The notes under the pieces are model-generated. The model searched no databases. It was not told where the DNA came from and worked only from the letters and a program-made list of their open reading frames with translations. Positions 20,151 through 28,951 of a stretch of DNA of 64,000 bases are shown piece by piece (positions within the stretch are counted from its first letter, which is position 1; the number at the start of each line of letters is the position of its first letter). The translations under genes were made by a program, and so were the position numbers. The stretch is from the NCBI GenBank assembly GCA_003331645.1, contig QOPI01000001.1, positions 2,901 to 66,900 on the forward strand, in the 5' to 3' direction. The DNA is from SAR86 cluster bacterium (lineage in GTDB: Bacteria; Pseudomonadota; Gammaproteobacteria; Magnimaribacterales; D2472).

Positions 20151-21083
20151 TTATTCTGAATCTTTGTTGTCTTCTTCTGTATCTTTTTGAATATCTTCCT
20201 TTGCTTCTTCTGGTTCCTCTTTTGTAGCATCCTCAATAGAACTATCTTCAGCTTGAGATATATTCTCTTTTGCATCTGATTCAGCATCAGCTTCATCTGA
20301 AACAGAAGCAACTTCATCTATAACATCTGTAGCTTTTTCTTTTTTCTTTATTGTTTCTATTTTTGGTTCTTTGACTTCACTGATTGGGGAGAACCCAGTA
20401 GAAGATTCAATACCTCTTGCACATGCATCAGCAATAATTTTAGTAACTAATCTTACAGATCTAATAGCATCATCATTACCAGGAATAACTGTATCAATGC
20501 CATCAGGATCAGAATTTGTATCTACAAGAGCTATTATTGGTATTCCCATTTTTTGAGCTTCAAGTACAGCAATCCTTTCATGCTTAATATCAATAACAAA
20601 AAGGGCGTCGGGTAATCCTTTCATATCCTTAATTCCACCAACACAAGCTTCAAGTTTTGCATATTCTTTTTGAATATCAACAGCCTCTTTCTTAATTAAC
20701 TTTTCAATCCTTCCAGATGAAATCATATCTTCTATGTCATGTAATCTTCTTATTGATCCTCTAATAGTCTTCCAATTAGTTAGCGTTCCACCAAGCCACC
20801 TTTTATTGATATATGGCAACCCAATGCTTGATGCCTCCTCTTTGATAGTTTTGCTAGCAGACCTCTTAGTTCCTACAAACAAAACTTTATTACCTTTTGA
20901 ACAAATATCTTCAACTTTTGAAGCAGCTGCGCTTAAATGCTCTTGAGTTAAATCAAGGTTTATAATGCTAATTTTCTTTCTAGTATCAAAGATATATTGA
21001 TCCATTTTTGGATTCCAGAATCTTTGTTGATGACCGAAATGAACTCCTGCATGAAGCAGGTCTTTTACTGAAACTATACTCAT
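20151..21083 (-). CDS. rpsB: 30S ribosomal protein S2, with an acidic C-terminal extension of about 70 aa
   Basis: 310 aa with the core [22 protein letters not shown]. The last 70-75 residues are an E/D/S/K-rich low-complexity tail that E. coli S2 (241 aa) lacks. Confidence 0.97.
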   Translation of the reverse strand: MSIVSVKDLLHAGVHFGHQQRFWNPKMDQYIFDTRKKISIINLDLTQEHLSAAASKVEDICSKGNKVLFVGTKRSASKTIKEEASSIGLPYINKRWLGGTLTNWKTIRGSIRRLHDIEDMISSGRIEKLIKKEAVDIQKEYAKLEACVGGIKDMKGLPDALFVIDIKHERIAVLEAQKMGIPIIALVDTNSDPDGIDTVIPGNDDAIRSVRLVTKIIADACARGIESSTGFSPISEVKEPKIETIKKKEKATDVIDEVASVSDEADAESDAKENISQAEDSSIEDATKEEPEEAKEDIQKDTEEDNKDSE

Positions 21084-21209
21084 TGTAATTCTCCAGGGTT
21101 TATTCTCCAGCCCTAAGCAAAGTTAACTCTAAAAAAGAGCACCCCAACTTTGCAGGTTCGGGACCTTCGTGTTAAAAGTTTGAGTATTTTATAGAAAAAT
21201 AGCTAATTA
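21084..21209 (-). promoter_or_regulatory. rpsB 5' leader, possibly also the dapB terminator region (candidate structured RNA)
   Basis: This 126-nt gap is the largest gene-free stretch in the window apart from the ssrA locus, and it is locally GC-enriched. The minus strand reads ...GGUCCCGAACCUGCAAAGUUGGGGUGCUCUUUUUUAGAG...UAGGGCUGGAGAAUAAACCCUGGAGAAUUACAAUG. It contains the 9-mer CUGGAGAAU twice, and the second copy carries the SD. Confidence 0.35.
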
Positions 21210-21881
21210 TTAAAGATTATTTTGTGATTTTAAAAAGTCGTCATAACTATATATGCCTTCCTTCTGATCTTTAATCCAGTGAGATGCTTCTATAGCGCCG
21301 TCTGAGTATATATTTCTTGAGAATGTATGATGGCTATATTGTATTTTCTGAGATTTGTTAAAGAAGGTAACTTTATGAATTCCGTATACTTTGCCATACC
21401 TTTCAGAATTAAATTTAATATCTTGTATTAATTTATTATCATCATTATTAATAATAATTTTTTTCAATTCTAGCGCTGTTCCTGAAGGCGCATCAATCTT
21501 ATCTTTGTGATGAATATCAGTAATTAAGCAATTAAATTTCTCTGTGTTAGATGAAAAAAACTTTTTAATTGATTTTTTCATAATAGCCATACCTTTACTA
21601 AGATTTGGTGCTAATAATATTCTTTTTTTCTTTGCATGATGCTTGATGATATCAATTTGTTCTGAATTAAAGCCAGTTGTGCCAATTACTAAAGCATAAT
21701 TATCATTACATAATGATTTGAGTAACTTGATAGTTGAATCTGGATTAGAGAAATCAATAATAGTATCTAATGAGTCTTCATCGATTGTTTTACAAATTTG
21801 AATGTCGTTATTTAAATGAATTCTTTCTAATAAATTTACCCCCATCTTGCCGGAAGCACCATTTATATATATTCCCGTCAT
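21210..21881 (-). CDS. dapB: 4-hydroxy-tetrahydrodipicolinate reductase (short form)
   Basis: 223 aa with N-terminal GASGKMG, IIDFSNP, VIGTTGF and the diagnostic HHKDKIDAPSGTA motif. It follows dnaJ as in Pseudomonas and is about 50 aa shorter than E. coli DapB. Confidence 0.85.
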   Translation of the reverse strand: MTGIYINGASGKMGVNLLERIHLNNDIQICKTIDEDSLDTIIDFSNPDSTIKLLKSLCNDNYALVIGTTGFNSEQIDIIKHHAKKKRILLAPNLSKGMAIMKKSIKKFFSSNTEKFNCLITDIHHKDKIDAPSGTALELKKIIINNDDNKLIQDIKFNSERYGKVYGIHKVTFFNKSQKIQYSHHTFSRNIYSDGAIEASHWIKDQKEGIYSYDDFLKSQNNL

Positions 21882-21887
21882 GAAAAA

Positions 21888-22997
21888 TTAGTCTCTCTTA
21901 TGTATATCAGACGATGATTTGATGAATGATTCTTGAATAGGGTAATTTTTAGATGCTTGTAATGACTCAGTAAATGTATTTAGTGCTTTTAGTTGAGACT
22001 TATCTAGATTGGATGGGGTTTCAACAATTACTCTGCATAAAAGATCGCCTCTTCTGCTATCTCTTACTGAAGATGCGCCCTTTCCTTTAATTCTAAAAAT
22101 TTTACCTGTTTGCGTTTGAGCGGGTATTTTAAGTGAGATAAAGTTCTCTATCGTTGGAACTTTTATAGATCCACCAGTAATAGATGTCATAAGATCAAGT
22201 GGGGCTTCTATGTATAAATCTCTGCCTTCTCTTTCAAAAACAGGATTAGATTTTACTCTTATTGCAACATATAAATCACCAGACTGACCATTTTTTTCCC
22301 ATTCTCCTTCTCCAGATAATCTAACCTTGTCTCCATTATCTACCCCAGCAGGAATATTTACAGATAATGTCTTTTCTTCTTTTATAGCACCCACTCCATT
22401 ACAAGTTCTGCATTTATCTTTTATAACCTGGCCAGTACCAGAACATACAGAGCAGGTTTGCTGAACAGAGAAGAAACCTTGCTGCATCCTGACCTGGCCT
22501 GTTCCATTACAATTCATGCAAGTGATTGGACTAGAGCCCTTAGCAGCACCGCTCCCATTGCAATCATGGCATATTTTATGAGATGGAATCTTTATTTTCT
22601 TTTGAGTTCCAAGAACAGCTTCTTTTAAAGATAATTCTAAATTGTATTGAAGGTCCTGGCCTCTTCTTGACCTTCCTCTGGATGAAGAACGAGTGCCAAA
22701 TACATCACCAAAAATATCTCCAAAAATATCTCCAACATTTATATCATTGAAATTTGGTCCGCCACCCATACCATCAACTCCAGCATGGCCGTATTGATCA
22801 TATGCACTCTTTTTCTGTTGGTCAGATAAGACATCATAGGCTTCAGCACATTCTTTAAATTTTTTGTCTGCTTCAGCATCATCAGGATTTCTATCTGGAT
22901 GATACTTCATAGCCTTCTTTTTAAAGGCTTTTTTTAATTCAGCGGCAGACGCTGATCGAGAGACCTCAAGAATTTCATAATAGTCTCTCTTTGACAT
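21888..22997 (-). CDS. dnaJ: chaperone DnaJ
   Basis: 369 aa with a J domain (YHPDRNP), a G/F region, and four CxxCxGxG zinc-finger repeats ([32 protein letters not shown]). Confidence 0.97.
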   Translation of the reverse strand: MSKRDYYEILEVSRSASAAELKKAFKKKAMKYHPDRNPDDAEADKKFKECAEAYDVLSDQQKKSAYDQYGHAGVDGMGGGPNFNDINVGDIFGDIFGDVFGTRSSSRGRSRRGQDLQYNLELSLKEAVLGTQKKIKIPSHKICHDCNGSGAAKGSSPITCMNCNGTGQVRMQQGFFSVQQTCSVCSGTGQVIKDKCRTCNGVGAIKEEKTLSVNIPAGVDNGDKVRLSGEGEWEKNGQSGDLYVAIRVKSNPVFEREGRDLYIEAPLDLMTSITGGSIKVPTIENFISLKIPAQTQTGKIFRIKGKGASSVRDSRRGDLLCRVIVETPSNLDKSQLKALNTFTESLQASKNYPIQESFIKSSSDIHKRD

Positions 22998-23011
22998 TAC
23001 CTAGTCTCTAA

Positions 23012-24931
23012 TTATTTATTTTCTTCTTCTTTGACTTCTTCATATTCTGCATCAACAGTATTTTCTGCATCATCATTAGGTGCTTCTTCTGTTGAGTTTT
23101 CAGCTTGCGCCTGATCTTGAGAATATAACTTATCTGTTAATGGTGTTAAAACATCGTTTAAAGCTTTGGTAGCAGTTTCTATATTATTTATATCTTCTGA
23201 AGATATAGCTTCCTCAAGACCAACCACAACTTTTTCTATTTGATCTTTTTCATCATCTGATAATTTATCATCCGATTCTTGGACTGTCTTTCTAGTTGCA
23301 TGTACTAACATATCGGCATTATTTTTAGTCTTAACTAATTCTTCAAATTTCTTATCGTCCTCAGCGTTAGCTTCAGCATCTTTTACCATTTTTTCGATGT
23401 CTTCATCGCTTAGTCCACTAGAAGCCTTAATAACAATTGATTGCTCCTTGCCAGAATTTTTATCTTTAGCTGATACATTTAAAATCCCATTAGCATCTAA
23501 ATCAAAAGACACTTCAATTTGAGGCATTCCTCTTGCAGCAGGTGGAATATCAGTTAAATTAAATTGTCCCAAAGATTTATTTTGAGCAGCCTGGGTCCTC
23601 TCACCCTGAATAACATGAACTGTTACAGCGGTTTGGTTATCTTCTGCTGTAGAAAAAACTTGAGATTTTTGTGTTGGTATAGTTGTATTTTTCTCAATAA
23701 GAGGAGTTGAAACGCCGCCAAGGGTTTCAATGCCTAATGTTAGTGGTGTAACATCTAACAATAATATATCTTTTGTATCTCCAGATAGAACAGAGCCTTG
23801 GATAGCTGCACCTACAGCAACCGCTTCATCTGGATTAAGATCTTTTCTTGCCTCTTTTCCGAAAAACTCTTTAACTTTCTTTTGTACTAATGGCATTCTT
23901 GTCTGACCACCAACCAATAAAATTTCAGAAATATCTCCTTTTGCAAGTTTTGCATCGCTAAGAGCAAGCTTTAAAGGCTCTAAACTTCTATCAACTAAGT
24001 CTTCAACTAATGATTCTAGTTTTGCGCGTGTTATTTTTTGTACAAAATGTTTTGGGCCAGTGCTATCTGCAGTTATATAGGGTAAATTGACTTCTGTCTG
24101 CTCTGAGGAAGATAATTCAATCTTAGCTTTTTCTGCTGCCTCTTTAAGCCTTTGAAGTGCAAGAGGATCACTTTTTAAATCAAAGCCAGATTCTTCTTTA
24201 AATTGATCTACAAAGTAATCAATTAATCTTAAATCAAAATCTTCGCCACCTAAAAATGTATCTCCATTTGTAGATAAAACTTCAAATTGATGCTCTCCAT
24301 CTACATCTGAGATTTCAATTATAGATATATCAAAAGTTCCTCCACCTAAATCATATACAGCTATTGTTGAATCGCCTTGGTGTTTATCTAAGCCATAAGC
24401 TAGAGCTGCAGCTGTAGGTTCATTAATTATTCTTTTTACTTCCAGACCAGCTATTTTTCCTGCATCTTTTGTAGCTTGTCTCTGTGCATCATTAAAGTAT
24501 GCAGGTACTGTTATAACTGCTTCTTTAACTTCCTGCCCAAGATAATCTTCTGCAGTTTTCTTCATCTTTTTAAGAATTTCGGCAGCAACTTGTGGTGGAG
24601 CTAATTTCTTTTTATTAGCTTCAACCCATGCATCTCCATTATCAGCTTTAATAATTTTATACGGGACCATATCAGCATCTTGCTTAACAACTTTGTCTTC
24701 AAAAGTTCTACCAATAAGCCTTTTGATTGCATATAAAGTATTCTCAGGATTGGTTACCGCCTGTCTTTTAGCTGGAAGTCCAACCAGCACTTCATCATTA
24801 TCAGTGTATGCAATGACTGAAGGAGTCGTTCTTCCTCCCTCGGCATTTTCAATAACTTTTTGTTGCTGGCCTTCGATTACAGCAACACAACTATTAGTTG
24901 TTCCTAAATCTATACCTATTATTTTTGACAT
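23012..24931 (-). CDS. dnaK: chaperone DnaK (Hsp70)
   Basis: 639 aa with [18 protein letters not shown] and VGGQTRMP signatures. Confidence 0.99.
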   Translation of the reverse strand: MSKIIGIDLGTTNSCVAVIEGQQQKVIENAEGGRTTPSVIAYTDNDEVLVGLPAKRQAVTNPENTLYAIKRLIGRTFEDKVVKQDADMVPYKIIKADNGDAWVEANKKKLAPPQVAAEILKKMKKTAEDYLGQEVKEAVITVPAYFNDAQRQATKDAGKIAGLEVKRIINEPTAAALAYGLDKHQGDSTIAVYDLGGGTFDISIIEISDVDGEHQFEVLSTNGDTFLGGEDFDLRLIDYFVDQFKEESGFDLKSDPLALQRLKEAAEKAKIELSSSEQTEVNLPYITADSTGPKHFVQKITRAKLESLVEDLVDRSLEPLKLALSDAKLAKGDISEILLVGGQTRMPLVQKKVKEFFGKEARKDLNPDEAVAVGAAIQGSVLSGDTKDILLLDVTPLTLGIETLGGVSTPLIEKNTTIPTQKSQVFSTAEDNQTAVTVHVIQGERTQAAQNKSLGQFNLTDIPPAARGMPQIEVSFDLDANGILNVSAKDKNSGKEQSIVIKASSGLSDEDIEKMVKDAEANAEDDKKFEELVKTKNNADMLVHATRKTVQESDDKLSDDEKDQIEKVVVGLEEAISSEDINNIETATKALNDVLTPLTDKLYSQDQAQAENSTEEAPNDDAENTVDAEYEEVKEEENK

Positions 24932-24942
24932 ATTTTTCCTCT

Positions 24943-25488
24943 CTAATTTTTAATAACTGTTACTCTTGCTGGTCTTAAAACTCTCTCGTGTAATTCCCAG
25001 CCTCTTTGAAAAACCTCACCAATTTGATTATCTTGTTTGGCTTTGTCTTGAGTCATACTTACTGCCTCATGTTTTTCAGGATTAAAATCTTCATTAACTG
25101 GATAGATGGGTCTCATTCCAAATTTATCAAGAGCTGCTTCAAAAGACTTTAAAGTTAGTTCAATACCCTCTTTGTCTTCTGAAGAGGTTTTTTTAGAAAA
25201 ATTATTTAAAGCATGTTCTAGATTATCAATGATAGGAAGAAGCTCTCCCAATAACTTTTCTACTCCATATTTATGTGCTCTTTCTATTTCTGTAATTGAT
25301 CTTTTAACCGCATTATCTAAATCAGCTGTCTTTCTTAATAATGCAGCCTCTAGTTCAGATATCTTATTAGATGCTTCTTCTAATTTAGAGTCATCGGCTA
25401 ACTGAGATTCTTCATCAAAATCTTGATCAACAGAATTATCTAGCTCTTCATCTATTTTAACGTTATCTTTTATTACTTTTTTTGACAT
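24943..25488 (-). CDS. grpE: nucleotide exchange factor GrpE
   Basis: GrpE core motifs [20 protein letters not shown] and [18 protein letters not shown]. The track starts at TTG 25500. I prefer ATG 25488 (MSKKVIK...) because the TTG lies only 8 nt past the sigma32-type -10 box. Confidence 0.92.
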   Translation of the reverse strand: MSKKVIKDNVKIDEELDNSVDQDFDEESQLADDSKLEEASNKISELEAALLRKTADLDNAVKRSITEIERAHKYGVEKLLGELLPIIDNLEHALNNFSKKTSSEDKEGIELTLKSFEAALDKFGMRPIYPVNEDFNPEKHEAVSMTQDKAKQDNQIGEVFQRGWELHERVLRPARVTVIKN

Positions 25489-25508
25489 ATTTTTTCCCAA
25501 TACACCAT

Positions 25509-25536
25509 ATATTGGGGTTTATATGCTTAGTTCAAG
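25509..25536 (-). promoter_or_regulatory. sigma32 (heat-shock) type promoter upstream of grpE-dnaK-dnaJ
   Basis: The minus strand reads CCCACTTGAA-CTAAGCATATAAA-CCCCAATAT. That is CTTGAA (25536..25531), a 13-nt spacer, then CCCCAATAT (25517..25509). The E. coli sigma32 consensus is CTTGAA-N13-15-CCCCATnT. Confidence 0.55.
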
Positions 25537-25550
25537 TGGGTTTTTTGAAA

Positions 25551-25967
25551 TTATGAATTAATTTTTCTTACGTATAAAACCATACTATGCTCAACTAATT
25601 CGAAACCTCTTTCTTGAGCAATCTCTTTTTGTCTTTGCTCAATAAGATCATCATTAAATTCATATATTGTTCCATCATCTAAAGAAACCATATGATCATG
25701 ATGGTCATCAGAAATAACCTCATAGACAGCATGACCTTCTTCAAAATTATGTTTTTTGACGATGCCTGCTGATTCAAATTGAGTTAGGACTCTATATACA
25801 GTAGCTAAGCCAACATCATCACCTGCAGCAAGAAGCTGTTTATAGATATCTTCAGCACTCATATGTGCTTCTTCATTTTTAGTTAGCTCGAGAATTTCAA
25901 GAATACGAATCCTTGGGAGTGTTGCTTTTAATCCTGTCTTTTTTAACTCTTTGTTCTGATTTGACAT
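25551..25967 (-). CDS. fur: ferric uptake regulator Fur (cysteine-free)
   Basis: 138 aa with a winged-helix N-terminus (LKATLPRIRILEIL), the HHDH metal site, and a close resemblance to Pseudomonas Fur (ERGFELVEHSMVLYVRK). The protein contains no cysteine. Confidence 0.9.
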   Translation of the reverse strand: MSNQNKELKKTGLKATLPRIRILEILELTKNEEAHMSAEDIYKQLLAAGDDVGLATVYRVLTQFESAGIVKKHNFEEGHAVYEVISDDHHDHMVSLDDGTIYEFNDDLIEQRQKEIAQERGFELVEHSMVLYVRKINS

Positions 25968-26052
25968 TTTTTAAAAATATTACGATTTATATACAGAACA
26001 AAGTATAATCCATCTTGTCTAAATAGAAAGATAACTTTGACTAAATTAATTA

Positions 26053-26382
26053 ATGAAGCCTCATAATAAAAATATTCTTACTGTAATCATTGCATCTTCT
26101 TTTTTATTTAGTTGCAGCACTTTTAGTTTTTATAATGTCCCTGTGGTCCAAGGCAATATTTTTACGGAAGAGGATACTGATAAGCTATCAAAAGGTTTAA
26201 ATAAAGATCAGGTGAGATTTATTCTTGGAACCGCATTGGTGCAAGATCCCTTTCATAAGAATAGATGGGACTACGTTAACAAGGTAACTGTTGGTGATTT
26301 AGAAGTCTCAAATAAAAAATTAATCTTATACTTTAATTCTGATGAATTATTAGATAGCTGGATTATTGAAGATAATTCCTGA
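26053..26382 (+). CDS. bamE: outer membrane protein assembly factor BamE (SmpA/OmlA lipoprotein)
   Basis: 109 aa with the lipobox LFSC, then VVQGNIFTEED...QVRFILGTALVQDPFHKNRWDYV, matching the BamE core. It lies next to fur, rnfH and ratA as in Pseudomonas/E. coli. Confidence 0.85.
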   Translation: MKPHNKNILTVIIASSFLFSCSTFSFYNVPVVQGNIFTEEDTDKLSKGLNKDQVRFILGTALVQDPFHKNRWDYVNKVTVGDLEVSNKKLILYFNSDELLDSWIIEDNS

Positions 26383-26661
26383 TTAAACTTTATTTCGTCT
26401 TCTCTCTTTTGGATCTTGTTTTAAAGGTCTATATATCTCAACTCTTTGTCCTTCACTTAATCTATATCTTTCTGCTTTTGGCTTAAAAATTCCATCCAAA
26501 ACCTCGCCATTAACACCAATAATTTTTTCGTGCTTTATTGAATCTATGACATTCTTGATTTTAGGCAATTCTAATATCTCTCCCACTGTTGAGCTTTCTG
26601 ATACATCTAATGAAAAAAAGAACTTATTCTCTTCACCTTGATATGTAAAAAATATCTTCAT
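26383..26661 (-). CDS. RnfH/RatB family ubiquitin-like protein (UPF0125)
   Basis: 92 aa with the C-terminal RVEIYRPLKQDPKERRR motif of YfjF/RnfH. It overlaps ratA by 4 nt. Confidence 0.8.
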   Translation of the reverse strand: MKIFFTYQGEENKFFFSLDVSESSTVGEILELPKIKNVIDSIKHEKIIGVNGEVLDGIFKPKAERYRLSEGQRVEIYRPLKQDPKERRRNKV

Positions 26662-27074
26662 GATACTTTTTTAAGAAAAGCACTAATAAATTTAGATGCA
26701 AATGTATCTATTAAACTTTGTTGCATAAATGGTCTTAACAAAATCGGGGCATTAAACTCTACAGAAAAAATAACTAAACAACCTAAATCTTTTTCTACAA
26801 CTTTCCATGAAGCATCTAAAGAATTAAAGGGACCTTTCAATTGTTTTATATTTAATTCTGTTGGCATCTTAGAATTTCTAGATTCGATAAAGTAATCTTT
26901 ATTAAAAAAATTAAAGTTTAATCTTCCAATGTCATAGTCTTTTGTTCTCGATAAAATTTCAGAATCAGTGCACCCGGGTAAAAAATTTTTATAATCTTCA
27001 AAATTTGAAATTAATTCAAAAACTTCTTTTGAATCCTTGGCTATAAATTCCTCATAATTAAAATTACTTGGCAT
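26658..27074 (-). CDS. ratA: RatA/YfjG-type SRPBCC (COQ10-like) protein
   Basis: 138 aa with YKNFLPGCTDSEIL and KGPFNSLDASWKV, matching E. coli RatA (YPQFLPGCTGSRIL, DGPFKKLIGGWKF). Confidence 0.8.
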   Translation of the reverse strand: MPSNFNYEEFIAKDSKEVFELISNFEDYKNFLPGCTDSEILSRTKDYDIGRLNFNFFNKDYFIESRNSKMPTELNIKQLKGPFNSLDASWKVVEKDLGCLVIFSVEFNAPILLRPFMQQSLIDTFASKFISAFLKKVS

Positions 27075-28427
27075 TTAACCAAAAATTGCATTGTAGAAAA
27101 TTATTGCGACTGAAACCGGTGCAACAAACTTAACAAAGAATCTCCAAATACCGAATAGGATAGGATTAACATGACCAATTTCTTCATTTATAAGATTTTT
27201 ATCCATAAACCAACCAACAAAAATTGCTATCAACATTCCTCCTAATGGAAGTAGTATCTGATTAGCAATAAAATCCATAGAATCTAAAAAATTTCTTCCA
27301 GGGGTCAAATTAAAATCACTCCAAACATTGAAACTTAGGACCGTTCCTATTCCCAATGTCCAGGTAAGAAATGAAATTGATATGGCAGCTGATTTTCTAC
27401 TCATGGAGCCTTCTTCAGAAATAAATGCAACTCCTGGTTCAAGCAATGATATAGATGAACTTAATGCAGCAACTGATAAAAGTATAAAAAATAATGGTCC
27501 TATAATTTGACCATAAGACATTTGATTAAAGGCAGTCTGAAGAGATTCAAATACAAGTCCTGGCCCGCTATTAGGCTCTAATCCAAATGCAAATATAATT
27601 GGAAATATTGCTAAGCCGGCAAATATAGCAACTAAAGTATCTAAGGAACCAACTGTAAATGAAGTTGGTATTATTTTTTGCTCTTTAGGCATATATGCTC
27701 CGTATGCCATTATTGAACCCATGCCTAAACTTAAGCTAAAAAATGCTTGCCCCATTGCACTTAAAAAAGTATTTGAGTCCACTTGAGAGAAGTCAGGTGC
27801 AAATAAAAATGAGAATGCTCTGCCAAAGCCACCACTTAAAATTCCATTTATGACCATGAAAACAAGTAATACTCCTAGCATAGGCATTAATATTTTAACC
27901 ATTCTTCCAATACCTTTATTGATACCAGCGGAAACAATTGTTGCCGTTAGAAACATGAATAACGTATGCCAAGCTAATAGGTTTAAAGGAGAAGAAATAA
28001 TATTTCCAAATTGTTCAGCTGAGTTAATTGCACCAGTTGATGTGGCAGCAATAAATATATAGTTTAGGCAGATTCCAGCTATCACACTGTAAAAAGACAA
28101 TATTAAAATACCAGCTGCTATTCCACTCCAACCAACTATTTGCCAAGCCGAGGTGGTGTTAGAATCCCTTGCAACAAGCCTCATCGCATTAATTGGACTA
28201 TTTCCAGATCTTCTTCCAATAATTATTTCACTAATCATTATTGGTATGCCTATAGCTAATATGCATAATAAATAAATAATTACAAAAGCTCCCCCTCCAT
28301 TTGTGCCAGCTTTATAAGGAAAGCCCCATATATTACCTAGTCCAACTGCAGAACCCGTAGCTGCTAAAATAAAAGTCCATCTTCCTACCCATGAACCATG
28401 ACTTTTAAGTTTTGAGAGCTTATCCAT
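27075..28427 (-). CDS. sodium-dependent transporter, neurotransmitter:sodium symporter (NSS/SNF) family
   Basis: 450 aa with about 11-12 hydrophobic segments and the N-terminal NSS signature GSAVGLGNIWGFPY. Confidence 0.88.
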   Translation of the reverse strand: MDKLSKLKSHGSWVGRWTFILAATGSAVGLGNIWGFPYKAGTNGGGAFVIIYLLCILAIGIPIMISEIIIGRRSGNSPINAMRLVARDSNTTSAWQIVGWSGIAAGILILSFYSVIAGICLNYIFIAATSTGAINSAEQFGNIISSPLNLLAWHTLFMFLTATIVSAGINKGIGRMVKILMPMLGVLLVFMVINGILSGGFGRAFSFLFAPDFSQVDSNTFLSAMGQAFFSLSLGMGSIMAYGAYMPKEQKIIPTSFTVGSLDTLVAIFAGLAIFPIIFAFGLEPNSGPGLVFESLQTAFNQMSYGQIIGPLFFILLSVAALSSSISLLEPGVAFISEEGSMSRKSAAISISFLTWTLGIGTVLSFNVWSDFNLTPGRNFLDSMDFIANQILLPLGGMLIAIFVGWFMDKNLINEEIGHVNPILFGIWRFFVKFVAPVSVAIIFYNAIFG

Positions 28428-28447
28428 ATTTATATCCTAAAAATAAT

Positions 28448-28894
28448 CTAACTATAAGGGTTAACTATATAAGCAATAGTTACTAAAAAACAGATCGAAA
28501 CTAAAACTGTCAGTTTTTTTCTTAGTTCTTTGTACTCTACTTTTTGATCAAAAAGAACATCTCTTTTACTTTCAAAATAATAAAACCCATTAAAACCTAT
28601 AAGACATAAAAATAAAGCTGCCATTAAGTTTATAAATGTTATTGCTAAGATAAGGCATCCTAATAAAGAAAAAAATATTCCGTATATTAGATTTAAAGTT
28701 TGAGAAAAATTATTATCATTCCACCCCCAGGGGATGCCACCAAGAAATGAAAGAATAATTGCGCTATAAAGTGAAAGGGCTAAAATTGAATAATTTGCTA
28801 GGTCGCCGCCAATTATCCAAGGCATTACAGAAAAAAAACTAAATGGTACAAAGCCCATATAGCCTAGTGTTTTTTTTAATTCTATGATCTTCAA
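28448..28894 (-). CDS. small integral membrane protein, function unknown (DUF3429-like from memory)
   Basis: 148 aa with four hydrophobic segments. LGYMGFVPF and SFLGGIPWGW resemble DUF3429 proteins as I recall them. The family assignment is unverified. Confidence 0.5.
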   Translation of the reverse strand: MKIIELKKTLGYMGFVPFSFFSVMPWIIGGDLANYSILALSLYSAIILSFLGGIPWGWNDNNFSQTLNLIYGIFFSLLGCLILAITFINLMAALFLCLIGFNGFYYFESKRDVLFDQKVEYKELRKKLTVLVSICFLVTIAYIVNPYS

Positions 28895-28951
28895 AGTTAA
28901 TTAATTCCTATTAAGAGTTGCAGTTGTTTTTAGTGCATTCATAATAATGTT

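Noticed and set aside
21140-21165. tRNA-like T-arm look-alike GGTTCGGGACC in the dapB-rpsB spacer.
   Set aside because: No acceptor stem, anticodon arm or D-arm can be built around it, and the stem is only 3-4 bp. I treat it as part of the rpsB leader or dapB terminator structure instead.
21186-21216. Candidate rpsB promoter: TATAAAAT at 21193..21186 with -35-like TTTAAT overlapping the dapB stop.
   Set aside because: The -35 match is weak (3/6) and the sequence is indistinguishable from the AT-rich background, so it is not reported as a feature.
25968-26052. Possible Fur box and divergent promoters in the fur-bamE spacer, including a plus-strand TATAAT at 26004..26009.
   Set aside because: There is no convincing match to the GATAATGATAATCATTATC-type palindrome. 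In an AT-rich spacer, hexamer matches are expected by chance, and the -35 for the TATAAT is poor.
26383-27074. ratA-rnfH(ratB) as a toxin-antitoxin or defence module.
   Set aside because: This is the universally conserved housekeeping yfjG-yfjF pair next to smpB. RatB is not known to act as an antitoxin, and there is no sign of mobility or novelty.
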